Source of the DNA: Thermoproteaceae archaeon
Lineage (GTDB): Archaea; Thermoproteota; Thermoprotei; Thermoproteales; Thermoproteaceae
DNA length: 64,000 nt
Reading direction: 5' to 3'
Assembly (NCBI GenBank): GCA_020833025.1
Contig: JAJHRB010000001.1
Location: forward strand, 12,277 to 76,276
Made by a program: the position numbers and the translations under genes. The notes under the pieces are model-generated. The model worked only from the letters and a program-made list of their open reading frames with translations, searched no databases and had not been told where the DNA came from. Below, piece by piece: positions 9,101 through 19,077 of the stretch. Position 1 is the stretch's first letter, and each line of letters opens with the position of its first letter.

Positions 9101-10081
9101 GTGGAGCGCTTGTTGAGAAACGTCGTGGAGGTAGTGACGCCCGAGGAGTTCTCCAGGCTGGGAGGCGGCGTGGCGTACCTCGGCTTCGAGCCGACCTGGC
9201 CAATACACGTTGGGTGGCTCGTGTGGGCTTTCAAGCTCGCAGAGCTCAAGGAAGCCGGCTTCGACGTGGTGCTGCTCGTCGCGACGTGGCATGCGTGGAT
9301 AAATGACAAGGGGTCCGTGGAGGAGCTGAGGGAGCACGGCCGTAAAATAAAGTCATTTATCGAGAAAATTAGCAATTTCAAATATGTCAATAGCGACGAC
9401 ATTGTCAGCGACCCGAAGTACTGGGAGCTGGTGGTCAGGGTGGCGAAGGTGACCTCTCTGGCGAGAGTGAGGCGCGCGATACCAATAATGGGCAGGCAGG
9501 CCGAGGAGGTCATGCTCGACTTCTCGAAACTGCTGTACCCGGTCATGCAGGTCGCCGACATGCTCTACCTTGGTGTCGACGTGGCGGTAGGGGGGCTCGA
9601 CCAGCGTCGCGCTCACATGCTGGCAAGGGATGCGGCGGAGAGACTCGGCCTCAAGAAGCCGGTAGCCCTTCATGTGCCCGTGATCACCTCGCTCTCTGGC
9701 GTTGGGAGAATGGAGGGCATTCACGGAGAGCTTGACGAGATGTACGCAATGTACAAAATGAGCAAGTCGAGGCCGAGTAGCGCAATATTCGTCACGGACT
9801 CCGATGAGGAGATTCGCAAGAAGGTCTGGCTCGCGTACTGCCCGCCGAGGGAGACAAGGTTCAACCCTGTGTTTGAGATCGCAGCATACCTCCTCATCCC
9901 ATACGCCGGGCCTCTCGAGGCAGGCGGGCGCCGCTACGAGGACCCGCGCGCGCTTGAGGGAGACTACAGGAGCGGTGCCATCGATCCCAGGACTCTTAAG
10001 GAGGCCGTGGCGTCCGGCCTCATATCTTTATTCTCCAAGCTTAGGAGCTGCGCCGTTGGCAAGCCCGGCACAGCGGCATGA
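9101..10081 (+). CDS. tyrS: Tyrosine--tRNA ligase
   Basis: YLGFEPT, HVGW (HIGH-like), YPVMQVAD, GGLDQ, KMSKS. Confidence 0.93.
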   Translation: MERLLRNVVEVVTPEEFSRLGGGVAYLGFEPTWPIHVGWLVWAFKLAELKEAGFDVVLLVATWHAWINDKGSVEELREHGRKIKSFIEKISNFKYVNSDDIVSDPKYWELVVRVAKVTSLARVRRAIPIMGRQAEEVMLDFSKLLYPVMQVADMLYLGVDVAVGGLDQRRAHMLARDAAERLGLKKPVALHVPVITSLSGVGRMEGIHGELDEMYAMYKMSKSRPSSAIFVTDSDEEIRKKVWLAYCPPRETRFNPVFEIAAYLLIPYAGPLEAGGRRYEDPRALEGDYRSGAIDPRTLKEAVASGLISLFSKLRSCAVGKPGTAA

Positions 10082-10124
10082 TGCATTATAAGTTCAATAA
10101 TGGTGTGCTACAATTCGCCACGAA

Positions 10125-10769
10125 ATGTTTAGATGCCAATCTAACTGTGCACTCTGCTGCAGAGTCAGCCCCGTGACCGTGCTGCCGCACGAAGTTTACG
10201 TGCTCCAGAGGCACGCGAGCGAGCTCGGCGTTAGAGCAGTTTTCACGCCTGCGTACAGAATTGCCGAGCTCAAGTCGGGCATGAGAATTGCCTTGAGCTA
10301 CTTAATGCAGCTGGACGAGGAGGGAAAGTGTCCGTTCTTAATGGGCGTTAAGTGCGCAGTCCATGACCTCTACAAGCCGCTGACGTGCCGTGCATTCCCC
10401 TACCTGCCGAGAGTAATAAAGTACGAGTTACTACCTCACTTGAGGGAGATAAGAATCAACGTCAAGTTTGTGATGTCAACGCTGTGTCCTGTCGTCAGAA
10501 GGGACCTCACGCCAGCCGCTGCCGCCATGATGTCTGACGTGAGCGTTGCCGCGGAGTATGCGCCACACGAGGTCAGGGCGGCTGTAGAGACCCTCAGAGG
10601 CAGGTATCTCTACGTTAAAATGCTTAACGAGCTCTGGAAGCGGGAAGTTGTCGAGCTTGACGAGGAGGGCAAGTATCTGTTCTTCCCCATAGTTAACGGC
10701 TTTGTGTTCCTGCGGCGCTTTTATCCAGACCTAACGCTGGACAAGCTCGTGCGAGCCCTCAGCGAGTAG
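10125..10769 (+). CDS. YkgJ-family cysteine-cluster (Zn/Fe-S) protein
   Basis: CQSNCALCC...CPFL...CAVHDLYKPLTCRAFP pattern. Confidence 0.8.
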   Translation: MFRCQSNCALCCRVSPVTVLPHEVYVLQRHASELGVRAVFTPAYRIAELKSGMRIALSYLMQLDEEGKCPFLMGVKCAVHDLYKPLTCRAFPYLPRVIKYELLPHLREIRINVKFVMSTLCPVVRRDLTPAAAAMMSDVSVAAEYAPHEVRAAVETLRGRYLYVKMLNELWKREVVELDEEGKYLFFPIVNGFVFLRRFYPDLTLDKLVRALSE

Positions 10770-10808
10770 AGGGACTCTTCACCATTCCGGCCTCACGCGC
10801 CACATCAT
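10759..10808 (-). ncRNA. Candidate C/D-box guide sRNA
   Basis: Minus strand ATGATGT-ggcgcgtgaggc-CGGA-atg-GTGAAGA-gtccctctactcg-CTGA. Confidence 0.5.
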
Positions 10809-10959
10809 TGACGGGCCGCCGGCTCCAGCAATCTGTGCCGTGAGCGCGGCGCGGCTTTTTAAGAGCTCCAGCACTGAGCGCACTCCTGACCGCTATGCAG
10901 CGGCGCCTCAAGAGCCGGCGGAGTGCTGCCCTCGCCAGGCCCCGCGGCAGCCCGGAATC

Positions 10960-11215
10960 CCGCCGTTTGAGATTTGGCAGAGAGCTCTCGGGCTGCTGGC
11001 TTGTAATAGATATTCTAGGCGGGGCGATGAGCGGGCAGGGGCGTGGAGCTCATTGCGCGACTTGCCGTGCAGTACAAGTGCCGGTCGTCGCAGACGTGCC
11101 GGAGGGCTCTCAATGAGAGGGCCCGGGCGGAGCAATAGCCGCCCCGCCGTAAGGAGGTCTCAATCCGGCATGCTGGAGCTGCAGGGCAGGCAGCTCAGGG
11201 TGCCCTCGCCGAATA
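10960..11215 (+). pseudogene. Highly degraded second TnpB-like relic
   Basis: Colinear fragments FGRELSGCWLVID, IARLAVQYK / VPVVADVPEGS and MLELQGRQLR resemble Thermoproteales TnpB segments. Confidence 0.35.
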
Positions 11216-11230
11216 ACCGACCCGTTATAC

Positions 11231-11284
11231 TAATCCGGATTAATATAATCCGGCCGGGGGCGCTGCCCGGGAGGCGGCCGGATT
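11231..11284. terminator. Nested palindromes/hairpin just 3' of fbp
   Basis: CCGGATTA-ATA-TAATCCGG (11235-11253); AATCCGGCCG (11247-11256) pairs with CGGCCGGATT (11275-11284). Confidence 0.5.
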
Positions 11285-11293
11285 GAAATGGGC

Positions 11294-12469
11294 CTAGCTC
11301 GCGCCCCTTATTACCGCATCGACGTACTTCTTTCTCTCACTGTCGTATTCATCAGCAGCGTAGGGCTTTATCCTCGCTAGGATCTTCGGGAGGGCTGTGT
11401 ACTCCAGCTCCTCAGGCGGCAGCCTGTGCGGCTGGAACGGGCCCATGCGGCGTATGTAATCCGCTATCATTGCCGCCACGTGTCTCGTGTAATCAAAAGC
11501 AGGATCGTCAAACATGTCGACGGCTCCCTCTAGGTGGCCGTCGTGCAGCTGGAAGCCGAGGGCGCCTACCTTCGGCGGCCCGTCGAATCTCGTCATTTTT
11601 GGCCCTATGGCCATTCTCCTATCCGGGTCTATCAGCGCAAATCTTGCCGGCATTAACGGGCCTGCGTGGCTTCCGCGCATCCACCCGTGCACGAGGTGCG
11701 GGTGGGCGAACGCCTCTAGAATCTCGCCGACTGCCGGCAGTCCAGCCTGTGCCCTGGTTATCATGACCGGGTCGTCCTTGCCGACGTACCTGCCGGCTAT
11801 GAGTGAGAGTCTCTCGACGCTATTCACTGCCGCCACGAGCCCGTCCTTCCTGTAAACCCTCCTAATGATGTACCTGCCCGTAGTACCCACGAGACCGAGC
11901 AGCGCGTAGGACTCCTCGGGCGTCTTCAGCAAGTACACCTTGTGCTCCTTCACATCCAAGACCTCGAACACGAAACCGTCGTGCATCGCCGGGTCTATTA
12001 CAAGCCCAGCTGTGTTAAACGGGTCGGCGAATATCCGGTACAGCGGTAGGTTAAATGCGCCTGGCTCTGTCTTGTCGGCTGCAAAGGCAATTACGGGCTC
12101 ACTAGGTCTTTCCTCTATTTCCATCTCGGCGACTTGCGGCCCCAGGCCGCGTATGTTACCTGAGAAGGCATCTTTAAGAAGATCCTGGCCTGCGCCGTAC
12201 AGCTTGTACCTCTTGGCGACTTGCTCCGTGACCTCCTTAAACGTCTCCCACGCGAGTCCGTGAATCTCCGGGCTATCCTCGCCCTTTGTGTGCGTCATTA
12301 GCAGCGATATGTCGTCGCCGACGTTGAAGACGAAGTAATCAATTATGACCCCCCTCCTCTGCGCCTCCTTCAGCTTCGCGGCGGCGTACTCGAGCATTTT
12401 CGGGTGGACTTGCGCGTGCCCCGGAAACCCGCCGACGTCCGCCTTGATCAGCGACACCGTGACCTGCAT
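11294..12469 (-). CDS. fbp: Bifunctional fructose-1,6-bisphosphate aldolase/phosphatase
   Basis: KADVGGFPGH, HKLYGAGQDLL-like segment, YVGKDDPV, HGWMRGSH, RFDGPP. Confidence 0.96.
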   Translation of the reverse strand: MQVTVSLIKADVGGFPGHAQVHPKMLEYAAAKLKEAQRRGVIIDYFVFNVGDDISLLMTHTKGEDSPEIHGLAWETFKEVTEQVAKRYKLYGAGQDLLKDAFSGNIRGLGPQVAEMEIEERPSEPVIAFAADKTEPGAFNLPLYRIFADPFNTAGLVIDPAMHDGFVFEVLDVKEHKVYLLKTPEESYALLGLVGTTGRYIIRRVYRKDGLVAAVNSVERLSLIAGRYVGKDDPVMITRAQAGLPAVGEILEAFAHPHLVHGWMRGSHAGPLMPARFALIDPDRRMAIGPKMTRFDGPPKVGALGFQLHDGHLEGAVDMFDDPAFDYTRHVAAMIADYIRRMGPFQPHRLPPEELEYTALPKILARIKPYAADEYDSERKKYVDAVIRGAS

Positions 12470-12564
12470 GTGCGGTTGCGGGCCGGGTTAGAAATATTTT
12501 GCTATTTGCTATATGGGCCTGGAGAGCCGGCGGCGACATTTAAAGCTGCCGAGTCGCCGGCGGG

Positions 12565-13908
12565 GTGGGCCTTCGCATTTACAGCTTATGCACGGCGTAC
12601 AAGGACCTAACCGCGGGATCTCCCCGCGAGAGGGAGTTCCTCCAGCGCATCCTCACGCTTCTCGACACGCCGCGCCTCTGGTTTCACATATCGCCCGTTG
12701 AGGTGTTGTACTGGGAGGACGCAGGCGCCAGGCTTGAGGTCGGGGGCGAGGCCCTCGAGGGGCTCTCAATGCCGTACTCCAAACCGGCGTCGGTGGAGGG
12801 CAGGCTCGTCGCGCTGCGCGACAACGTGGAGGGCAATATCGTTGTAGAGAGACTGCCAGAGGACGTCGACGACGCCAAGTATATTGTCATAGAGGCAGCG
12901 CGCCGGGGCGCCGCCGCGGTGGTCTTTGCGGACGCGCCGCCGCGGAGGGTGGTCGTCACAGGCGAGCATGGCTTTAAGCTAGACGCTGCGCCGACGCCGA
13001 TTTCCGTCGCGTGCATAGAGGGCGCCGATAGATATCTCGGCAAGCGCGCCAGGCTGGACGTGATGACTAGGTCGAGGGTGACATACAGTTACAATCTCAT
13101 TGCATTTAATTCATTTGAGGACACACCAATGATATCTGCGCACTGGGACCACTGGCTCACGGGCGCCGCGGATAACTGCGCCGGCGTTGAGGCCGCAATC
13201 ACGGCGTTCATTGACCTCGTCTTAAGCGACGTGCCAATCGCACTGGGGCTCTTTACTGCAGAGGAGGGCGTGGCGCCGCATGTCCCGTCACTGTACTGGG
13301 CGTGGGGCTCGCTCAACTATCTCAGCAGGCGGGGGCCGACGCTTCTCGTGAACGTCGACGTTGTCGGCGTTGGGACCCCACGCATCTATGCCATGCCTTA
13401 CTTGCACCACGCGCTGAGAGACCTGGCCCCGGTCGAGAGCCCAATACCCTACTTTGACAGCGTGCACTACGAAATGTGGGGCATGCCGTCGCTGACGGTC
13501 TCCTCGCTGAGAGATGCATGGGGCATCTATCACAGCGCGCTGGACGTGCAAGCGTCTCTAGACAGCATTATTCTGTCCGCGGAGCTGGCAAAGCGCGCAG
13601 CTAGAATCGAGCCGCGAGCGCCGCAAGTGAGTCTCGAAAAATACGGCCTTGCCAGAGTCGACGAGCCGTATCTAGCCTGGTCGCTCGTGTATAATTACCT
13701 GGTACTGTTCGAGGACTTCGCACACTCTGAAATTGTTTACACGGACGTATTTCAATTTTTAAAGAGCAAGGGGGGGAGGTACCGTAGAGTGGACCTGCTC
13801 GGAGGCCCCACGCTATGCTTGAATAACTGCGAGAGCGCACTTGATACTTATAGAGAGCTTGCACTGCTTGCGCTCTCCCGCGGGGCCCGCGGCCCTCGCG
13901 CAGCTTAG
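12565..13908 (+). CDS. M28-family aminopeptidase with PA domain
   Basis: SAHWDH, GAADNCAG, FTAEE, VNVD and YHS Zn-ligand motifs. Confidence 0.8.
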   Translation: MGLRIYSLCTAYKDLTAGSPREREFLQRILTLLDTPRLWFHISPVEVLYWEDAGARLEVGGEALEGLSMPYSKPASVEGRLVALRDNVEGNIVVERLPEDVDDAKYIVIEAARRGAAAVVFADAPPRRVVVTGEHGFKLDAAPTPISVACIEGADRYLGKRARLDVMTRSRVTYSYNLIAFNSFEDTPMISAHWDHWLTGAADNCAGVEAAITAFIDLVLSDVPIALGLFTAEEGVAPHVPSLYWAWGSLNYLSRRGPTLLVNVDVVGVGTPRIYAMPYLHHALRDLAPVESPIPYFDSVHYEMWGMPSLTVSSLRDAWGIYHSALDVQASLDSIILSAELAKRAARIEPRAPQVSLEKYGLARVDEPYLAWSLVYNYLVLFEDFAHSEIVYTDVFQFLKSKGGRYRRVDLLGGPTLCLNNCESALDTYRELALLALSRGARGPRAA

Positions 13909-14387
13909 TGATTGAGCTCCTGCGGCCGCGCCTCGAGCACGCTCCTGAGGTAAGTTGACGACAGCCTGTTCCCGTACCCGTCTCGAACGGTTGATATCAC
14001 TACGATATCCAGCGGCCTCATGCCTTGTCTCGCCCTTGCGTCGTTAATCTCGAAGGCCCTCGGGGCTGTCTCGACACTGACAACAATGGCATCGATTTGG
14101 TTGTCTGTCGCGGCAGGCCCGTAGGGATCGTCGAGCTCCACGTACGCGGCCTTCCTCTCTGGCGCTATCAAGTCCATGAGACCTCTGACGCTCATGAGCC
14201 TGACGGTAAAGGGCCTAACCGCATATCGCTTTAAAGACGCCGCAAACCTGTCGCTCGTCACGCCGACCCACACTCTCTCGCCAACTAGCGCCGCGGTTGC
14301 CAGCAGCTTTATGTGCCCCGAGTGCAGTGTGTCAAAGGTGCCGCCGACTGCCACACAGCGGAACCTCAGTCTCATGCGCGTTCTAGG
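13905..14387 (-). CDS. coaD: Phosphopantetheine adenylyltransferase (start approximate)
   Basis: VGGTFDTLHSGH, GVTSD, IVVSVET, LSST. Confidence 0.88.
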   Translation of the reverse strand, partial: PRTRMRLRFRCVAVGGTFDTLHSGHIKLLATAALVGERVWVGVTSDRFAASLKRYAVRPFTVRLMSVRGLMDLIAPERKAAYVELDDPYGPAATDNQIDAIVVSVETAPRAFEINDARARQGMRPLDIVVISTVRDGYGNRLSSTYLRSVLEARPQELNH

Positions 14388-14450
14388 CATGTGGCATAAA
14401 AGCTCGCCCCCAGCTGCCAATCTCAAATAATATCTTGCGAACACTCCCGC

Positions 14451-15095
14451 GTGAACACGCGCGCGCTAGAGAGACTCCTCTCCGAGAGCCCGCGCGCGCT
14501 CGATGCCAGGTACCGGCCCAGGGAGGTCATCTGCGAGCCGGTGCGCGCCCCGTTTGCAGTGCGTCTCGACGGCGTGAGCTTCGGCAAGAGGCTAAGAGAC
14601 TTCGAGGCTCCCCGGAGTGCGTTCGTGCACGCCGCGCTTGTCGGCGCGGCGAGAGCTCTTGCCTCGACTTATGGCGCTGAGATTGTTCACGTGGTGAGCG
14701 ACGAGATAAACCTCGTGTTTCTCGCATCGGCGCCCTACGGCGGCAGAGCGGCTAAGGTCGTGAGCGTCCTCGCCGCGCACGCGTCAGCCGAGCTAACGGC
14801 AAAACTCGGCAGGCCTCTGTACTTCGATGGGAGGGCCCTCATGCTGGATGATGCTTGCGATGCTGCCAAGTATCTCATTTACCGGGCTAGAGTGGGGCTG
14901 AATAACTATGTAGTGAAGCTAGCCAGAATGTCCGGTCTCGTAAGCTCGCGCACTCCCAGGCTGGCAGAGCTGCTGGGCAGAGTGAAAATAGAGCGCGAGG
15001 ACTTGGCCTGGGGCACGTTCATAGTTAAGGAGAGCGGGTATAGAGAGCATACCGATATTTGCGCCTTGGTGGCCCGTTTCTGCGGCTCATGCTAG
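14451..15095 (+). CDS. thg1: tRNA(His) guanylyltransferase Thg1-like protein
   Basis: VRLDGVSF, SDEINL and FDGR motifs. Confidence 0.85.
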   Translation: MNTRALERLLSESPRALDARYRPREVICEPVRAPFAVRLDGVSFGKRLRDFEAPRSAFVHAALVGAARALASTYGAEIVHVVSDEINLVFLASAPYGGRAAKVVSVLAAHASAELTAKLGRPLYFDGRALMLDDACDAAKYLIYRARVGLNNYVVKLARMSGLVSSRTPRLAELLGRVKIEREDLAWGTFIVKESGYREHTDICALVARFCGSC

Positions 15096-15145
15096 GGTGC
15101 AGCTCAGCACGCCAGCGCGCCTTCTGCTCGGCTGGGATTGAGGTA

Positions 15146-16657
15146 TTACCTAAATTTCTCTTCGAGGTACCGCACTAGATACTCGGCGTTGTACGCCTCG
15201 CCGAAGCTACGCGCGAGAAGCTCCTTCGGCGCGTAAATGCTGCCCCACTTATGCACTTTCTCGCGTAGATACTCCCACAGCTGAGCGAAATTCCCTGACA
15301 TCACAAGCTCCCCGACCCTTCCGTGTTTGTAGTATATCATTGCCGCGATGGCATTGCCTAGGGTGTACGTGGGAAAGTAGCCGATGAGGCCGTTTGCCCA
15401 GTGAATGTCCTGCAGCACGCCCTCAGCGTCATTTCTCGGCCTAATGCCCAGGAGCCTCTCCATTTCATAATTCCAGAGCTCTGGAAGTTGCGAGACCTTT
15501 ATCTCGCCTGCCACCAGCATGCTTTCCAGCTTGTACCTCAGTAATACATGCAAGTTATAGGTCACCTCGTCGGACTCAACTCTGATGGGGTATGGCCTCA
15601 CGGTATTGAAGTAATAAAATACGTCCTCTTCGGCGTAATCCGACATGAAGGGCAGGCACTCCCGCAGAACAGGCATTATAAGGGAGGCGAACTCGCGGCT
15701 CCTACCAACGAAATTCTCGACGAATCTTGACTGGCTCTCATGAAGCCCGAGAGAGTTAGGAGTCCCGACAGGCGTCATGAGCAAGGACTCATCAATGCCT
15801 AGACTGTAGAGCGCGTGGCCGTACTCATGAAGCGCTGAGAACAGCGTTTCTTTGAAGTTAACATCTCTATATCTCACGGTAATTCTTACATCGTAGCGCT
15901 GGGTGATTTCAATGCTAAAGGGGTGTGGCGACGTGTCTACTCTGAGCCTGTCCTTAGGGAGGCCGAGCATCTCGAGGGTCTTTACTACCAGCGCCTCTAT
16001 CCTCTGCCTCTTGCACGGGACTCTCTCAAGCGGATGGCTTCTCGGCCAGCCCAGCGCCTCGAGCCTCCTCAGCAGCCCTTTAATGACGGGCTCCAGCGTG
16101 GAGAAAATCTGCTCGATGTCTCTGCGCGTGAGCCCCTCCTCGTACAAATCGAGTAGCGCGTCGTAGGGGTGCTCCTCGTAGCCGAGCCTCTCCGCGATAA
16201 CTCTCGAGAGCTCGACTATTCTCTCTAGATGTGGCGCTAAGATTTCAAATCTTGATCTCTCCCTCGCCGCTCTCCACGCTACAGACGCCTCTGATGTTAC
16301 TTTATTAAATTCTCTTATTACATCGGGAGGCACTCTCTGGAAATATTTTAATTCTCTACTTAGCACTCTTATAATTCCTCTTTCGATATCTGTCAAGTCC
16401 TTTTCCTCCTTGGCGCGCTCGACGAGACGCACGAGCTTCTCGTCAAGCATAATCCGCTGGATTAACTGCGCTATCTCTGCCCGCGCGATTGCGCGTCCCA
16501 CGATCCCCTCACGCGGCATGTACGTCTCGAGGTCCCACTGCATTAGTGCCAGCGCGTGCTCCAGCGCCCAGATCGCTCGGTAGTGCTCGAGTATCTGCCT
16601 TACAGTCTCCGACCTTATGGCGGTGCTCTCTCGCCGCGGGGATGGCGCCGAAGTCAC
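15146..16657 (-). CDS. Carboxypeptidase M32 (start uncertain)
   Basis: PHPF, HEYGH, LHESQS, IRVESDE, DIHW, YFPTY. Confidence 0.95.
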   Translation of the reverse strand: MTSAPSPRRESTAIRSETVRQILEHYRAIWALEHALALMQWDLETYMPREGIVGRAIARAEIAQLIQRIMLDEKLVRLVERAKEEKDLTDIERGIIRVLSRELKYFQRVPPDVIREFNKVTSEASVAWRAARERSRFEILAPHLERIVELSRVIAERLGYEEHPYDALLDLYEEGLTRRDIEQIFSTLEPVIKGLLRRLEALGWPRSHPLERVPCKRQRIEALVVKTLEMLGLPKDRLRVDTSPHPFSIEITQRYDVRITVRYRDVNFKETLFSALHEYGHALYSLGIDESLLMTPVGTPNSLGLHESQSRFVENFVGRSREFASLIMPVLRECLPFMSDYAEEDVFYYFNTVRPYPIRVESDEVTYNLHVLLRYKLESMLVAGEIKVSQLPELWNYEMERLLGIRPRNDAEGVLQDIHWANGLIGYFPTYTLGNAIAAMIYYKHGRVGELVMSGNFAQLWEYLREKVHKWGSIYAPKELLARSFGEAYNAEYLVRYLEEKFR

Positions 16658-16924
16658 GCCCTCCCGGCCTTGAGCCCTCCGAGGAGAGCCCTGACACTCG
16701 TGCCGCCAGTCAGCAGCCCTATCGCACCGCTGAGGACTGCTCCGGTGCCTGCCGGCATTTCAATCCTGGCCCGCAATTTCTCCCGCGTGCCCGGCCCGAG
16801 CTTAGTGACCTTGAGGCGTCCCTTACTAGTCACGCCAGTAGGTTAATGATACAAAAAGAGCAGGACGGAGGCCGGCACAGCCGGCTCACGCAGCATCCTG
16901 CCGCGCACGTGCGGCTCAACTCGG

Positions 16925-19051
16925 CTAGTGGGGACGGCTTGAGAGCAGCTGGCGCGCCTGCTCGACTATAGACTCGGCGAGTCTCTCGCCGAATCCGGGC
17001 AGGGATGCTATCTCGCGCGGGGATGCGGCCGCGACGTCCCTCAGCGTCCTGTAGCCAAAGTTGTGCAGCACTCTGGCCCTGACCCTGCCGATGCCTGCAA
17101 GCGACGTGACGAGCTCCAGCAACTCCTCTCTGACGCCGTACTTGACCCGCAGCGTCACGGTCCTGAGCCCGCGCTCGTGCTCCCTAAGGCCGAGCATTCC
17201 GGCGAGTCTCGACGCAGCGCCTCCCAGCCACTCAAAGAGGTCTATGTAAACGCGCAGGTCTCCCGGCGCGACGTCAAACTCCCTGAATATCTCATCCTCG
17301 TCCCCCTCCTCAATCCACGCCATCAGCATTGCAGCAGCTCTCACTACGTCCTCGAACTCCTCACCCGGCCAGGCCCCAAGCGCCGAGGCTATCTCCTCGG
17401 CTATTCTCTCATCTGCGGCGCCGCGCCTCACTCTGGGAAAGTCGGGCGCCGTGAGTACTATGTAGAGGTACGCCGGAGTGCTAGGCCTCTTGAGCGACCT
17501 AATCATGTTGATGTACCCGGCCGCGACCTCTGGATCCAGATAAAGCCTCGCGACGTGCCTCCCGAGCTCTGTTGCGTAGATCCTGCCCCCCTCGCGCCTT
17601 ATGAAGCCCCACTTCTCCAGGCTCTCCACCGCTCTCGTTATCTCTGCCTTGAGCAGTGCGCGCCTGCCCCGCAATTTAAGCTGGTGAAAGCCGAGCGTGT
17701 TCGAGAAGAACGCGACAAGGTCCTCGACAAGCCCGGCATACCCCCCGCCCACTGCTCCCAGCACGTGCGACCTCAAGCACGGCTCGCTGAGTATGTGCGA
17801 TTTCACGGGCTCCACGCCTCCCCTCACGTACCTCACCATGAGGTACTCGAGCTCCCTCCTGCTCCTCGCCACTATTACCGCCTCGCCGTAGGGATCGAGC
17901 CCGGGCCTCCCAGCGCGCCCCGCCATCTGCTTGTACTCGAGAACTGGTATCTCCTCGCGCCCGACCGCGGGATCGTACCTCTCGTGGCTGGCCACCACGA
18001 CTCTACGCGCCGGCAGATTAACGCCGGCCGCCAGCGTTGTGGTGGCCACTACAACCTTTATGACTCCACGCCTGAAGCCCTCCTCTACGAGTCTCCTGAC
18101 CTCAAGCTCCAGCCCAGCGTTGTGGAAGGCGACGCCCCTCCTGATGACCTCGGCGAGCTCCCTGCCTATAATCTTGCTGGACGACGCGCGCGCCACTTCC
18201 CCGGCGAGTCTGTGCGCCTCCGCAGCGTCGACGAGCCTAGAGGGGTGAGACGCGATGGCGCTTGCTATCGCTCTGGCCAGCCGCACGGTTGATGGCCTGC
18301 TGTTCGTGAACACCAGCGCCTGCCCGCCGCCGAGCACGGCATCAAGCGCGAGGGCGACCTCAGCCTCGCCGCTCACGGCAACCCGCAGCCTTGTCCCGTC
18401 GGCGAAGACTATCTCGCCGTTGTGGTAAACGCCCTCTCTGAGGGGCACGGGCCTCCAGCTGGACGTCACGAGTGCCGCGCCCAGCCACTCTGCGACCTCG
18501 CCGGCATTTCCCACCGTGGCGCTCAGCCCGACGAACTGCGCGCGGAGTCTTAGGTGCTTCAGCTTTGCGACTATCGACTCCAGCACCGGCCCGCGCTTCG
18601 GGTCCCCGAGGTAGTGAACCTCATCGATTATCACCGCGCCGACCGAGCCGAGCCAGCCTGGCCTCTGCCTAAGCACGCTGTCGAGCTTTTCGTACGTCAT
18701 TACAATCACTTCATACTCATCCAGCTTTCTGTCCTCGAAGCCGAAGTCCCCCGTGGACACACCAACGCGCGCGAGTCCGCCGTAGTGAGAGAAGTGGACA
18801 AGCTTCTCGTACGCGAGAGCCTTGAGAGGCACCGCATAAATAGCCATTCCGCCCTCCAGCGCCGTCTTCACAGCCACTATCTCGGCAAGCAGCGACTTCC
18901 CTGACGCTGTCGCCGTGCACAGCACTATGCTCCTCCCGTTGAGAATTCCGGCCTTGACGGCCTCCTCCTGGGGCGGGAACAGCTTTCTAACGCCTCTCTG
19001 CCTTAGCGCGTCTACAAGCCTGGCGTCAAGCGGTAACTCCGAGACCTCCAT
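16925..19051 (-). CDS. hel308: Ski2-like helicase Hel308/Hjm
   Basis: TASGKS, DEVH, GLSAT, QMAGRAGRP, C-terminal HhH. Confidence 0.93.
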   Translation of the reverse strand: MEVSELPLDARLVDALRQRGVRKLFPPQEEAVKAGILNGRSIVLCTATASGKSLLAEIVAVKTALEGGMAIYAVPLKALAYEKLVHFSHYGGLARVGVSTGDFGFEDRKLDEYEVIVMTYEKLDSVLRQRPGWLGSVGAVIIDEVHYLGDPKRGPVLESIVAKLKHLRLRAQFVGLSATVGNAGEVAEWLGAALVTSSWRPVPLREGVYHNGEIVFADGTRLRVAVSGEAEVALALDAVLGGGQALVFTNSRPSTVRLARAIASAIASHPSRLVDAAEAHRLAGEVARASSSKIIGRELAEVIRRGVAFHNAGLELEVRRLVEEGFRRGVIKVVVATTTLAAGVNLPARRVVVASHERYDPAVGREEIPVLEYKQMAGRAGRPGLDPYGEAVIVARSRRELEYLMVRYVRGGVEPVKSHILSEPCLRSHVLGAVGGGYAGLVEDLVAFFSNTLGFHQLKLRGRRALLKAEITRAVESLEKWGFIRREGGRIYATELGRHVARLYLDPEVAAGYINMIRSLKRPSTPAYLYIVLTAPDFPRVRRGAADERIAEEIASALGAWPGEEFEDVVRAAAMLMAWIEEGDEDEIFREFDVAPGDLRVYIDLFEWLGGAASRLAGMLGLREHERGLRTVTLRVKYGVREELLELVTSLAGIGRVRARVLHNFGYRTLRDVAAASPREIASLPGFGERLAESIVEQARQLLSSRPH

Positions 19052-19077
19052 GCCCGCAGCCGGCAGACCCGGCGGGA

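Noticed and set aside
16658-16924. Possible sRNA in the 270-nt gap between the M32 peptidase and hel308
   Set aside because: Box-like words are present but do not form a C-D'-C'-D set with proper spacing.
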